This document shows positions 1-13,405 of a stretch of 64,000 nucleotides of DNA, in pieces. Positions within the stretch are counted from its first letter, which is position 1; each line of letters begins with the position of its first letter. The stretch is from Octopus vulgaris (Eukaryota): NCBI GenBank assembly GCA_951406725.2, contig OX597830.1:18104001-18168000 (forward strand), given 5' to 3'. The notes under the pieces were generated by a model. That model worked only from the letters and a program-made list of their open reading frames with translations, had not been told where the DNA came from and did not search any database. A program made the position numbers and the translations under genes.

Positions 1-325
1 GGGTGTATAATAAAGTTTAAAAGATGGTCGTGTTAATAAAGGATGATCATAAGTGGAACTTTGGTGTGAATTTTTTTTAAAATTTTACACTCATCAAATG
101 GGCTCCTTATTGCTCTCAAGCTAATTGTGTGTTTGTGTTAGTGTGTGTGTAACAACTGTGTGCGCGTATAATAAAAAAAACTTCACAGGTGGTTTTTCAC
201 GATCAAAGTTTCTAGTATTCAATGCCCTACTTAATCTTTTATTGGGATTGAATTCTTTGATTATCATCGACCTATCTGACAAGATTCTTCACCGGTATGA
301 TTCTTAGTCATGGCCTGTAGTGAAC

Positions 326-519
<194 letters not shown>

Positions 520-1274
520 GTGTGTGTTGTCTGTTCTCTGTATTGCTGTATCTTACCATCTCGCTGATCTTCCAATCTATTATTCATTTACGTGCATATG
601 TAATCAATCACCATTTTTACGTCCGTTTTTCCCCTTCATGGATTCTTCCAGCAAAGCGTCTCGTCACTTGTCATTTGTGTTATTTAATTGACAATGACTT
701 CCAAGTTTCGCCCGCTCTCTGCCGTATCCGAACTCAGTTTCAGCCGTGACACACCGGTCGAAACTGAAAAAAAAAAAAAGATTTACTGTCAGCTAAAATG
801 TAATATTAGATTCTCTAAGCATATTGAGCCCTTTTACTCAGTCAATATTCGTTATTTTTTTTATGCTTGTAAAAACACTCAATTTTAACTTAATAAGGTG
901 ATACACATACACACACACCATACATACATGGTGGGACTTCTATTGTAATTCTGTGCACATCTGGAAATTTTTTATAGGAATATATCAGACACCTGTCCGC
1001 CATCCACTTTTAAGTTAGGTTGGTCTCAATGGGCGAGGTCGTAGTTGTCTCCGAAGCCAAGGTTTCTCGGGTCTTTGGAACGAAAGGGTATTTTATTTAT
1101 ATGTTGCCTTTTGTGTGTGAAAATCGTGTTTTGCTGAATGATGGGTTTTCTAAGAAGCAGATCGGTTTCCACTCATACTCGAGTGGTTTGTGATAGGATG
1201 GGCATCCGGCTGTAAAAACAAATTTGGTTCAGCACTTTGGGAACGACTTGCACTTAACATAGCAGTAAAGATAT

Positions 1275-1321
<47 letters not shown>

Positions 1322-1446
1322 GTATGTATATTTGGAGGGTGAGCCACTATGTGGTCGGCCGTATGCTATATAATATATATATATATATATTTCGTTTTTG
1401 GATTTGGTTTGCAAGATTCTTTATATGAGTTCGTGTGTTGAAGCAT

Positions 1447-1636
1447 ATTCTGCTGTGTCTGGGGAGAGTCATTTTCTTTTTGTGCCTTATAGTGTAACTC
1501 ACTCACCGGTAAAATTTTCACGTATTTCTTATTTTTAATTTTTATTTTCCTATAATAAGAAATAAGTGGAAATTTTACCGGTGAGTGAGTTACACTATAA
1601 GGCACAAAACGAAAATGACTCTCCCCAGACAACAGA

Positions 1637-1638
<2 letters not shown>
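1447..1638. repeat. Near-perfect palindrome (~85-bp arms, ~20-nt AT-rich loop) within (TA)n
   Basis: tgtctggggagagtcattttc..gtgccttatagtgtaactcactcaccggtaaaat versus its reverse complement at 1554-1638. Confidence 0.92.
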
Positions 1639-1689
<51 letters not shown>

Positions 1690-1949
1690 GTCTAAGAATC
1701 CATGTCATAAAAAATATATTTGTATGTATACATACGTACCTCTCTGTCTTTCTCTATCCATGTAATACATACACACACACTCACTATATACTAGTAAATG
1801 AGGGCGTCTTTACAAGAAATGGCAACCAAATCGCTTTCACACCACACCCTGATGTTTTACTTAAAAGTGAACATGTTGATGTGTGCGTATGTATGTTCTG
1901 GGTTTCCTCGTGGAATAGTAACGGTTACATTTTGCTCGCTCAGGACTTA

Positions 1950-2055
1950 CCAACACATACAATACTGGTGTGTTATATACATACACCAACACACAATACT
2001 GGTGTGTTATATACATACACCAACACACACAACACTAGTGTGTTATATACATACG
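1950..2055. repeat. ~34-36-bp minisatellite, three copies
   Basis: caacacacaatactggtgtgttatatacatacac repeated. Confidence 0.85.
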
Positions 2056-2807
2056 TGCGCTCATACAGATACTCTTTATGCATACACACACAGACACGAT
2101 ATTAGTTGCCACACACATATACCACATGCGTATTGAAGTTGTGTAAGGTGTGGTGTGTGTGTGTGTGTGATGCTATCTTATAGAAGCGTATGTCACATTC
2201 TTACTCATGCACAATCATCTTCAAGCCGAAATGGAAATCTGCATGTAGTAGCTCGACCAACTAGAAGTAACATACATATATAGGGAGAGTTTACGAAAAA
2301 AAAAACAAAAGACGGAGATAGGTGGTACATACATAACACACATACACTTTATTTATTTATTTTTTTTTTAAATACAGGGTGGTCACTGGCGAAGCGCTTT
2401 TGATCGTTCAATGTTGATTTGAACCTAAACAACATCTTATTTCACATTGTTGTTGTTATCGTTAGGTTCCTGAATCAGCTCTGATAAAAAAAAAAAAAAA
2501 GGATGTTGAACAAAGCAGCCAAGCAACGATCATCCTATTTTCTATTCAGGAAAAGTGGTTTCATTTTTTGTCGTTTCACAACGTCCCTAGTATTCTCGCA
2601 TTTTACTGGTCTACTTACAACAATAACTGTTTTATCTCAAGATAGTACAGTGTAGTCCGAGTGAGAACACGCTACTATTTCTTGCAGTACAAGTGTCACA
2701 TAGGAACTTCCTCCTTGACTCATTTTCTTCTCTCTCTCTCCCTCACTCAGGGTTATATATCATATAAGAGACCAAAGTGTACGTACGCCGCTTTATATAT
2801 ATATAAA

Positions 2808-3304
2808 TACAAAATAGGACAAAAACGCAAAACATCTAGACAGGTGATACAAAAAAGGGACAACAAAACATCCTGATAGATGACACAAAGAAAACAAAGA
2901 CGGTCATTCGGAGTTTTCTTTCCTCAGTCGAGTTCCAGATTATCTTTGTAATTTCGGCTGGTTATACTCGAGATTGCTCCAATCTGGCCAGCCCCAAGGA
3001 AAAACTAAGCTAAGAGCATTAGATTCCTTAGAAGAAAGCAGCGAATGTATACGAAAACAAGGATGGAAAAAAACGGAGAATGTTACCCAAATACAAATAA
3101 CAGGTGTCTTTTGACTAAGGACGAATTAAATTAAGCTGGCATGTGTGGAAATAAAGCCTTATGGCAGGGATACAAGATTTCACAGTCACAAGGAGGAATA
3201 TAGATGTTGTATGGATGACAGCTGAACCAAGAAAGAAAGATCAGCGGTAATCTACTATAACCTCAGACCAATCAAAGCCTTGTGCGTTTTTGTCCCATTT
3301 TGTA
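2808..3304. mobile_element. Unclassified element with ~22-bp imperfect inverted termini in (TA)n
   Basis: TACAAAATAGGACAAAAACGCA ... TGCGTTTTTGTCCCATTTTGTA. Confidence 0.55.
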
Positions 3305-3339
3305 ATTTTTATATATATTTATATATCATATATATATAT

Positions 3340-3510
3340 ATATAGTTGAAATTTATAGAAAAACAAAAGACGAAGACAGATGTATGAACAACAAGCAAGT
3401 GTATTAGTTTGATGCTCGAGTAAAATGAAAAATGAAAGTCTTTTATGTTTCGAGCCTATGCTCTTCAACAGAAAGGAATAAGAGAAAATAAACAGAGAGA
3501 ATGAAAAAAA
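3340..3510 (-). mobile_element. Penelope-like pseudo-LTR relic with degenerate hammerhead (3440-3475)
   Basis: Minus strand cttt CTGTTGA A GAGC atag GCTC GAAAC AT A aaag; downstream sequence resembles 27610-27700; sits in (TA)n. Confidence 0.55.
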
Positions 3511-4079
3511 ACCTGAAGATTTCAGCTGTCCAACATGGCTGTGTGTGTGTTGACTTCCGAACCACATGGTTCCAGGTTGAGTCTCACTGCGGGACACTTC
3601 GAGCAGGTGTCTTCTATAATCTTGGACCAGCCAAGGCCTTGTGAGTGGATTTATTAGCTGGAAATTAAAAGAAGCTCGTCGTGTGTGTATGTGTCACCAC
3701 TGCTTAACTACCGGTGTTGCTGTATTTATGTCCCCGTAACCAGGCTTTAGAAAAAATAAGTACTGCGATCGATTCATTCGACTAAAATTCTTTAGCATGG
3801 CTGTAGTCTAATGACTGAAGCAAGTAGGAGATAGAAGATAAATGATATATCTTTTACTTTTTCCAGTCATTAGACTGTGACCATGGTGAGGCACCACCTT
3901 GAAGAAACGACCCTGGTACTATTTTTTTAAAGCCTGATACTTATTCTGTCAAATCCAGTGCCGAACTGTTAAGTTAGAGGGAAGTAAACAAACCAACACA
4001 GGTTGTCAAGTGGTAGTGGCGGACAAACAAAGAAAAAGACACATTTATGTGTTTGTGTGTGTCACACATATACGCTGAC

Positions 4080-4953
4080 ACATCCAGCAGAGCACATTAG
4101 CTTCATTCCTCTCTAGTCTGCGCGTGTCTTCTGCATTCAGGGCCCACATCTCACTACCATGTAGCATTGCTGTCCATATACATGCATTATACAATCTTCC
4201 TTTCACTCAAAAAGAGAGAGAGAGAGAGGAAGAGCCCTTTGGTTGCCAACAGAATAAAAAGCTCTCTGAATTTTCTTCATCTTATTCTTATTCTAGCAAT
4301 TTCATTTTTTGTACATCCTCTTCCACTGCTAATTAGGTTCCCCAGGTAGCAGAAATTATCTACTACCTCTAAAGAGCCTCCAGGACACTTGAGAAAATCA
4401 ATTTCCCAAGTATCTACTTTTAATGTCTCCTGTGCATCTTCCACATACAAACACTACTTTCTCTGATAGCTTTCCTATTATTCCACTGCACGTCTTGTGT
4501 GTCCATAGCTTGCACTGGGTACACTGTATGGAATTCCTGCCTACACCTTTTCTACATATCAAGCTGGGCCATTTACTTGATGGGAGAAGATCCTTCTGTT
4601 TTCTTGCTTACTAGAACCTTATTCTTTGCTAAGTTCACTTTTGGCCCTTTGATTCCAGATTTTGCTTCCACACCTGGAATTTCTTTTCTAGTTCTGTTAC
4701 AGAATCTGCTGTGAGAGCAAGATCATCACGATATAGCAGTTCCCAGGTGCAGCTGGTCTTGAATTTCTCTGTTATGGTTTTGAGGATGACCATGAAAAGG
4801 AGGGGACTGAGAATTAAACCTTGATGAATGCCTACCTTTAAACTAAATTTATCACTATACTCATGGTTTGGTTAACTCTCACCTTACTGACAGAACCTGT
4901 GTACATGGCTTGCACAGCTATCACAATCCACTCATCTACCCCTAACTTCCTCA
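4080..4953 (-). mobile_element. RTE LINE RT fragment (same family as 6.2-8.2 kb)
   Basis: Nucleotide similarity to 7100-7990 (gtccatagcttgcactgggtaca; agatcatcacgatatagcagttcccagg = LLYxDDL region). Confidence 0.8.
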
Positions 4954-5770
4954 TATATATATATATATATATATACATACATACACACAGATGCATGCGT
5001 GCACACACACACACACCCTTATAGATGTGACTCTGTGGTAAGAAGTTTGCTTCCCAATCTTGTGGTCCTGGGTTCTAACCCACTGCTTGGTACCTTGGAC
5101 AGGTGTCTTCTACAGCCCTGGGCTGACCAAAGCCTTGTGAGTGGATTTGGTTGACAAAAACAGAAAGAAGTCCATCACACATGCACATGTGTGTGTGTGT
5201 GTGTATCTTTTTGCTTGTCCCCTACCATGCTTGACCACATGTTGGTTTGTGTAAATCCTCTTAACTTAGCAGTTTGGCAAAAGAAATCAATAGAATAAAT
5301 ACAAAGCTTTAAAACAAATAAGTACTGGGGGCAATTTCTGTTATCAAAATTCTTCAAAATGGTGCCCCAGTATTGCTGCCATCCAATGACTGAAATAAGT
5401 AAGACAAAAAATATAGCCATAGCCCAGATTAAAAAAGAAAATCACAGCCTTCTGCTTGTGACAGAGAACAGTGAAGAGTAAGCTAAGAAGTGAAAAGAAA
5501 TATGTATCAATTGCCAGATTCATTAGAGCATTGGGTAAAATGCCTTGAAGTATTTAGTGTCTTTTCCATCAAGGCCAACTAACTTTGTTTTTCATCTGAT
5601 GACAGCACAAAGTGCTAGTCAAGTTTTGGTGTAGATTTACTTTCTTGTAATGTATACCAGAGGTGATTGACATTATAATGGAAGCCTTATGTGTATATGT
5701 GATAGGGATGATTTTTTTTTTTATGTGTGTCATGTCCAAGTTATATTTAATTGATTTATTTTTTGTTGTG

Positions 5771-6190
5771 AGGCTCGAAAGAAATGAAGCCAGCATACTC
5801 TGCTGGATGGGTAATGTCAGTGTGTATGTACGACAGAAAGTGATTTGAGAGGAAATTTGAGTACAAGAGTATAAGATGTGGTGTGCAAGAGACAAAACTG
5901 TGTTTGTATGGTCATGTGATGCATATGGATGAGGACAGCTGCATCAAGAAGTACCAATCTTTAATTGTGGAGGGAACATATGAAAGGGGTAGAATCAGGA
6001 AGACATGGGAGGAAGTGATGAGAAAGGGTCTTTAGATGTTGGACCTCACAGAGAGAATGACAAGGGGACCAAAGCTCCTGGCAGTTGGTTGTGCTTGACA
6101 AGACATGCCAAACTAAGTAAAATCATGGCTGTCCATAAATACAAGCATATCCTCTACATCCCTTTCATAGCTGAGAGACCCTAATCTTGT
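5771..6190 (+). mobile_element. RTE LINE C-terminal fragment
   Basis: RLERNEASILCWMGNVSV...YGHVMHMDEDS; inverted counterpart of about 6900-7170. Confidence 0.8.
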
Positions 6191-6216
6191 GTGGGCTCGT
6201 GGGTGCTGATACCACA

Positions 6217-8153
6217 TAATCATCATCATCATAAATTAACATCCATTGTCCATGCTGCCATGGGTTGGACAGTTTGACCAGGGTTGGCAAACTAAGGGGC
6301 TGCATAAGACTCCAGTCTGATTTAGCATGGTTTCTACGGCTGGATGCCCTTCCTTGTGCCAACCAATCCAAGTGTGTCACTGGCATGGGTGACAGTTGTG
6401 TGACACCAGTATCTGTCACGACTATTTCACTTTGCTTGATGGGTCTTCTACTCAAGCACAGCATATTGCCAAAAGTTCTGTCATTTCTCATTGCTTCTGT
6501 AAGGCCCAACACTTGAAAGATGCTTTTTTGTGTACGCAACACCAGCATTGGCTACATTGCCTCTGTGAGGCCGAACGCTCAACAGGTGCTTTTTGTGTGC
6601 CACCATCACAGGTGGAAGTTGCTTCCATGAGGCATAACGCTTGAAAGATGCTTTTTACATGCCAGTTATGTGACACTGGCACATCCACACTGCCTCCATG
6701 GGGCCCAACACTCAACAGATGCTCTTTACATACCACTGGCATTGGCCACATTGCCACTGTGAGGCCCAATGTTCAAAAGAAGCTTTTTACATGCCAGTTA
6801 CGTGACACTGTCATCAGCCATGACTACGATTTCACTTAGCTTGACGGGTCTTCTCAAGCATATTGCCAAAGGTCTCGATCGCTTGTCATTGCCTCCATGA
6901 GGCCCAATGTTAAAAAATCATGCTTCACCATCTCGTCCCATGTCTTCCTGGGTTTACCTCTTCCACAGTTAGAGATTGGCACTTCTTTATACAGCTGTCC
7001 TCGTCCATATGCATCACATGACCATACCAGCATAGTTTTCCCTCTTGCACACTACATCTGATGCATCTTATGCCCAACTTTTCTCTCAAGATGCTTACAT
7101 TATCGTATGTGCACACTGACATTGCACATCCAGCGAAGCATGCTAGCTTCATTTCTTTCAAGCGTGTGCATGTTCTCGGTGGTCACAGCCCATGTTTCAC
7201 TGCTGTGTAACACAGCTGTTTGCACACAGGCATCATACAGTCTGCCTTCCACTCTGAGGGAGAGACCTTTTGTTGCCAGCAGAAGTAGGAGCTCTCTAAA
7301 CTTTGCCCAGCCTATTCCCATTCTTCTTGCAGCTACACTCTCAGAGCAACCACTTCCACTATTGACTTGGTCACCCAGATAACGGAAGCTATCAACCACC
7401 TCTAGCTTATCCCACTGGTATTTGATGGAGTCTATTTTTCTGTACATTTTTAGTGTTTATTGCACCTGTGCACTTTCCACACACAAAACCTATCTTCCCA
7501 GTTAACCTTCCTCTGATATTGCTGCACCTCTTATGTCTCCATAGCTTGCACTGGGTACATCTTATGAAATTTCTGCCTACGTTTTTCCTAAAAAATTTAA
7601 CAGAGCCATCTACCTGAGGGGTATTTGTGATTTGTCTGCTTTCCTACATACTAAGACTTTGGTTTTTGCTAGGTTACCTCTAAGACACTTTGATTCATAA
7701 ACCTTACTTCTACACCTGAAAATCTTCTCTAGTTCTGGTTGTGATTCAGCTCTAAGAACAAGGTCATCAGCATAGAGGAGCTCCCAGGGGCAGCCCATCT
7801 TAAATTCCTCTGTTATTGCCTAGAATTACTATGATAAACAAGAGTGGAGCTGAGGACTGATGCTTGTTGTACCCTAGTTTTACCATGAATTCATCACTAT
7901 ACACATTGCCAGCCCTCACATTACTGACAGCATCCCCGTACATGGTTTGTAAAGCTCACACCAACCACTCATCTATCCCTAGTTTCCACATTGACCACCA
8001 GATAAAGGATTGGGGGATCCTATCAAAGGCTTTCTCCATGTCAATAAAAGCCAAGTACAGAGGTTTATCTTTGGCTACATACTTCTCCTGCTGCTGCCTT
8101 ACCAGAAATATAGCATCAGTGGTGCTTCTCCCAGGCACAAAACCAAACAGCTG
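6217..8153 (-). mobile_element. 5'-truncated RTE LINE (RT domain, long 3' UTR, (GAT)n tail)
   Basis: Minus-strand ORF pieces GRSTTDAIFLVRQ..LAFIDMEKAFDR, WELLYADDLVL, VVDSFRYLG, RNEASMLRWMC, LCWYGHV; (CAT)n at the left end. Confidence 0.9.
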
Positions 8154-9180
8154 TTAGATGGGATGCAGTCTATTTGTATTGAATTAACAAATAATAATTG
8201 ATTTAAGTCAATTGTTGTTCATCAATATTTCTCCATTTTCTGTCTTCTTTAAATTTTGATTCTTGACAAACTCATGTTTATCCTTGTCTTTACCTGTAAT
8301 TTATGAGCATAATATGCTTGAATATATGTATGCCCCTGGTTAAACATAGGTAATATACTGGTTGTGTAACGGATACTTCTATCTCTTAGACAATTATTTT
8401 AACCTCTAACTCAGCTAACCTATATATATATATATATATATTGTCAATGTATCATGTCTGACTAAGAAGCAGTGAATAAGGCAACCAACTGACCGTAGCA
8501 TTTCTCTGTCTCCGCGAGGTGAAGAGTTAAATCTGTCTCTGTATAGAATCTGATGAGCTGTCCACAAGGCTGTATACTCCCAAGAAGACCTGACTGCCAC
8601 AGCACAATTGATACTGGTGTTGGTGTCACATAAAAAGCACCCAGTACACCCTGTGGAGTGGTTGGCATTAGGAAGGACACCTAGCCAGAGAAACCATTAT
8701 CAGAACAGACAGTCGGGCCCTGGTGCAGCCCTTGGCCTTACCAGTTGATCAAACCATCCGACCCATGACAGCCAGAAAAAGAACATTAAATGATGATGGT
8801 GATGGTGATGATATATGTTATGTATCCTGAGCATCTGTAAGCTGATCAATAATTAGATAGTAACAAAAGATAATATTCAAAAAAGACAATAATGGAATAA
8901 GAATAGAGGAGTGAGGGGAAACAATGTATCTAAGATTAAATAAATGAAAAAAAAAAGATCTTGTACAATACCAGAGAACTGATCCAATAAGATGCAGTGA
9001 ATAAGGCAACCAATTATGTATGTATAAATATATTCTTTGTGTGCTCTTTCCACTCCAAAGATGTTTACCAGTATCACTCAGTACATATCTCTACATCGAT
9101 TGTTATTATTACTGTGCAGACCCTTTTGTAATCCACATTCCCAAGAGTTATCAATGTTATTGCTTCTTAGCCTGTTTCAT

Positions 9181-9602
9181 ATGTGTGTGTGTGTGTATAT
9201 ATACATACATACATATATATATACATATATACATACATATACATATACATATGTATATATACATATACATATATATACATACATACATATACATATATAT
9301 ATATATATACATACATACATATATATATACATACATATACATATATATATATACATACATATACATATATATATATACATACATACATATATATATATAC
9401 ATACATACATATATATATACATACATATACATATATATATATATACATACATATACATATATATATATATACATACATATACATATATATATATATATAT
9501 ACATACATACATATACATATATATATATACATACATACATATACATACATACATATACATATATACATATATATATATATATACATACATACATATATAT
9601 AG

Positions 9603-9660
<58 letters not shown>
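9181..9660. repeat. Long compound (TA)n/(TACA)n/(CA)n microsatellite
   Basis: Directly visible; explains the YI/HT-rich ORFs. Confidence 0.97.
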
Positions 9661-9661
<1 letters not shown>

Positions 9662-10295
9662 TTCAAAAACTATCTCTTTCAACATAGGCAGTATATTAAG
9701 TTAAGAAATCATTTTTTTGTTTTTTCTATCGAGTTACCTATGACTCTTGGGATTTCCTCAAGGCAATGTAATTGAACCATTCCATTGCTTTAAGTATAAA
9801 CAACATATTGATAAACATATAAAAGAAGGGAGATTTAAGCTTTTATGTTGATGATATTAAAATGCAAATGAATTGATGGATTGTAAACGTATTTCGGATG
9901 TAGACTTGTTTAAAAACAACTTCAGCTCACTTGAACTTTGGTCTACACAATAGTTTAAAGCTCTTTCTCAACAAATGTTTTCTATTGTTTTCGGGTTCTA
10001 AATATATTTTTACATAATATCATTGCTTCTTCATTTAGGCTCATTGCTCTTGAAGGGAGTACAAGGGTAGGGGTTATTGTTGACCGACAATCTTAAATTT
10101 ATTAACCCTTTAGAGTTCAGATTACCCTGTTGATTGTAATATTTTTTTTCACTCAAATTGTTTTGAATTAATCATGCTTGTCTTGTAGCTTTGGAATTTC
10201 GATGATGTAATTGTTTGTGTTTAGAATGACATTGCAGGATAAATGTGAAAGGCTGAATCTGGCCATAAAACAAGTAGAATATTTGGCAGGCTTAA

Positions 10296-10516
10296 CCCTT
10301 TAGTGTTCAGATTACTCTGTTAAATGTAATACTTTTTCCACTCAAATTGTTTTGAATTAATCATACATTATCTTACAGCTTTGAAGTTTCAATGGTGTGA
10401 TAGTTTATTCTTAGAATGTCAATGTAGGTTAGGTGTGAGGGGCCAGATATGGCCAGTTTGAATGTAAAACATGTAGGATATTTGGGCTGGATATGGCTGG
10501 CTTAAACACCAAAGGG
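10296..10516. mobile_element. piggyBac-type MITE (preceded by an older truncated copy at 10106-10291)
   Basis: TTAA|CCCTTTAG ... CCAAAGGG|TTAA. Confidence 0.85.
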
Positions 10517-11176
10517 TTAAGCATATTTCTGACATTGTTAATTAAGTGTAGTTATATAAATATTACCTTTCAAACAGTCAAGAACAGAGATATTCAGTTT
10601 CTTTCTTCTTTGTACAAAACATTTATGATACATTTTTCCTCATTTGGTTTAGTTTTTCATGCTCTTGTCTCTGTACATATAGGCATAAATGTGAGTCTAA
10701 ATACCTTCCTGGTTTCAACATTCCCACTTATAAACAACACTTAGAAAGCCGGATTAGCTCTTGTTGGAAACAGAGCACATTGTAAAGGATTTAGTGTTCA
10801 TATACAATGTTACATAGCAAAGTCAGTGTTTCTTTTTCCGACTGCTTTTCCTTTGTCAAATAACAATCACCTTCTGCAAGCATGGCCATGTGGTTAAGAA
10901 GCTTGCTTTACAACCACATGATTTCAGATTCAGTCCTGCTCCTTGACACCTTGGACAAGTGTCTTTTACTATAGTGCTGGGCTGACCGATGCCTTTTGAG
11001 TTAATTTGGGAGATGGAAACTGTGTGGAAGCCTATTGTGTGTGTGTATATATGTGTATGTATATGTATGTATGTATATGTATATATGTGTATGTATATAT
11101 ATATGTGTGTATATGTATATATATATGTGTGTGTGTGTTTAAAAAAAACACTAGGGATTGGTTTGTTCAACTAAAC

Positions 11177-11436
11177 CAGTGGTTCTCAACCATTTTTTGC
11201 CTATGGACCCCTTTGATTCTTATTTCACTCAGATGGACCCTCATAGCCATTTGATGTTATAAAAACCCTATTATATTTTTACCATTAAATACCATTAGGA
11301 ATTATATAATAAAGTTTTTAAATATTTTGCATATTGTAGAAATGTAACCAATTTATTGCACATACACTTTAACAGCAAAATCTAATATGAACCCTCAATG
11401 GCTGCATGCCCCCACCCCCCCAGTTGAGAACCACTG
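11177..11436. mobile_element. hAT (Charlie-like) MITE inserted in a SINE
   Basis: TIRs CAGTGGTTCTCAAC / GTTGAGAACCACTG; TSD only partly preserved. Confidence 0.8.
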
Positions 11437-12644
11437 AACCTTCGAGTCGGTACCCCGGCATGGCCAAAGTCTAATAACTGAAACAAGTAAAAGATAGAAA
11501 TCGCTAAATGATGATGATGATGTGTTCACCTCACCACAAACCGATCCTTCTTATGTCATAAATCTTTGGAACTTGCTTTTTGGTTGATGAAATTTTCGCT
11601 AACAGAAATAACCCAAGTTAATAATTCATTAAGGCTAATAAATGTGAATGCTTAGATTTAATGGTATGTTGAAGCATTTTATCAATTCACATTTGCACCT
11701 ATCCTGTGCTATTTTCATGCAAATTTTCTGATACATATATTCGTTTACTTTAGGGTTTTTTTTAATCTTTTGGTGTGGGTTTTATTTTTATTGTTATATT
11801 TTGTGATTTTTTTTCATTATTTTATTTGAATATTCCAATTCATTATTGATGGTGTTATTAGAAACCATTAACATTTTCCTGCCACTTCCCTGAGTTTTTG
11901 TTTATATATTTTCTCTCTTTCCCTTATCATCAATTCAGTTTGGCTGTGTGGTTTAAGACGTTTATTTCCCAACAATGTGATTTCAGGTTCACTCCCACTA
12001 ATGTGGCACTTTGGGCAAGTGTCTTCAGCCCCAGGTCGACCAGAGACTTTGTGAGTGGATTTGGTAGACAGAAACTGAAAGAGGCTTGTCATGTGTGTGT
12101 GTGTGTGTGTGTGTGTTTACATTTGCATTTATGTTTGTGTTCCCTTGTTGATTGCGGACAATGGCTTCGTGAATGGTGTTGTTTGCTTGCATGCAGTCCA
12201 TTGTGAAAGCATGTCTTGGCTTTTTGACATGACTTCAAAACGTTGTGCAGTCTTTGTAAACAAACGACTGTTTCATACAGTGCTTGGGTTGTTTGTTGTT
12301 TAATTGACAGAGAGATTGTTACTTCACTTGTTCCCAAGTGAGGGTTGGTGACAGGAAGGGCATCCAGCTTTAGAATACTCTTCCCCAATCTACTCTCATT
12401 AGACCTATGCAAGCATGGAAAAGTAGACATTAAAATATTAATGCAGCTAACAATAAATGAGTGCGTGTGTGTGTTGTCCTGAGAGTTCAGACCATGAGTT
12501 CTAAAGAGGAAATTGTTCTTCAACACAGGTGTATCTAATAAAGAGAACAAACTTGGTTCCAAGTCAAATAGAAGTACCCTCCCTAATTAAAGACGATTTA
12601 AGGTGGAATTTATTAAACTTACATAAAAATGTGAAGTTTAATAC

Positions 12645-13275
12645 TAATTTCAAATTTTGTCACAAGGCCAGCAATTTTGGGATTAGGGGTTAAGTTGATT
12701 AGATTGATCCCAGTGTCCAACTAGTACTTATTTTATTGGCCCCAAAGTCAACCTTGGTGGAATTTGAACTCACAAGGTAAAGGCAGATGAAAAGGTGCTA
12801 AGCATTTTGCCCACCATGCTAATGATTCTGCCAGCTTGCCACCTTAGATGTGAAGTTTTAATATTGATTTCAAATTTTGGCAGAGGTCCAGAAAGTTTGG
12901 GAGGGGATAAAGGGATTGCATTGGTTTTCAGTGCTCAGTTGGTGCTTATTTTATTGACCTCGAAAGGATGAAAGATATAGTCAACCTTGGTGGAATTTGA
13001 ACTCAGAACTTTGCAACAGACGAATTACAGCTAAGCATTTCACCTGGCTTGCTAATGATTCTGCTAGTTAACTGCCTTAATAATAATAATAATAATCCTT
13101 TCTACTAAACAATTACATTGACCCCAGTGATCAACTGGTACTTATTTTATCGACCTCGGAAGGATAAAAGGCAAAGTCAACCTTGGTGGAATTTGAACTC
13201 AGAACGTAAAGACTGATGAAATGCCACTAAGCATTTTGCCCAGCATGCTAACAATTCTACCAGCTCACCCCCTTA
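12645..13275 (-). mobile_element. Three tandem family B SINEs
   Basis: Repeated gtcaaccttggtggaatttgaactc...gctaagcattttgccc...gccagct. Confidence 0.8.
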
Positions 13276-13405
13276 GATGTGAAGTTCAATATTAACACCA
13301 ATAGTTTTTAGAATGAATTAAAAGAGTACCTAGACCCTTTCCATTAACTTTTTCATTAAAGAAGGCAAAACAAAAAAGCCATATATGAAAGTAATGGACT
13401 TGTAG

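Noticed and set aside
188-250. GGFSRSK..NALLNLLL resembling tetraspanin exon 1 (CGGFxCSKNAL)
   Set aside because: No ATG, the conserved cysteines are missing, the spacing is wrong and there is no phase-0 donor; likely chance.
8525-8556. Antisense similarity to U6 ACAGAGA box followed by CTGA (possible C/D guide RNA)
   Set aside because: Complementarity is interrupted, not adjacent to the D box, and there is no convincing C box.
9020-9775. 251-aa and overlapping YI/HT-rich ORFs
   Set aside because: Translations of (TA)/(TACA) microsatellite.
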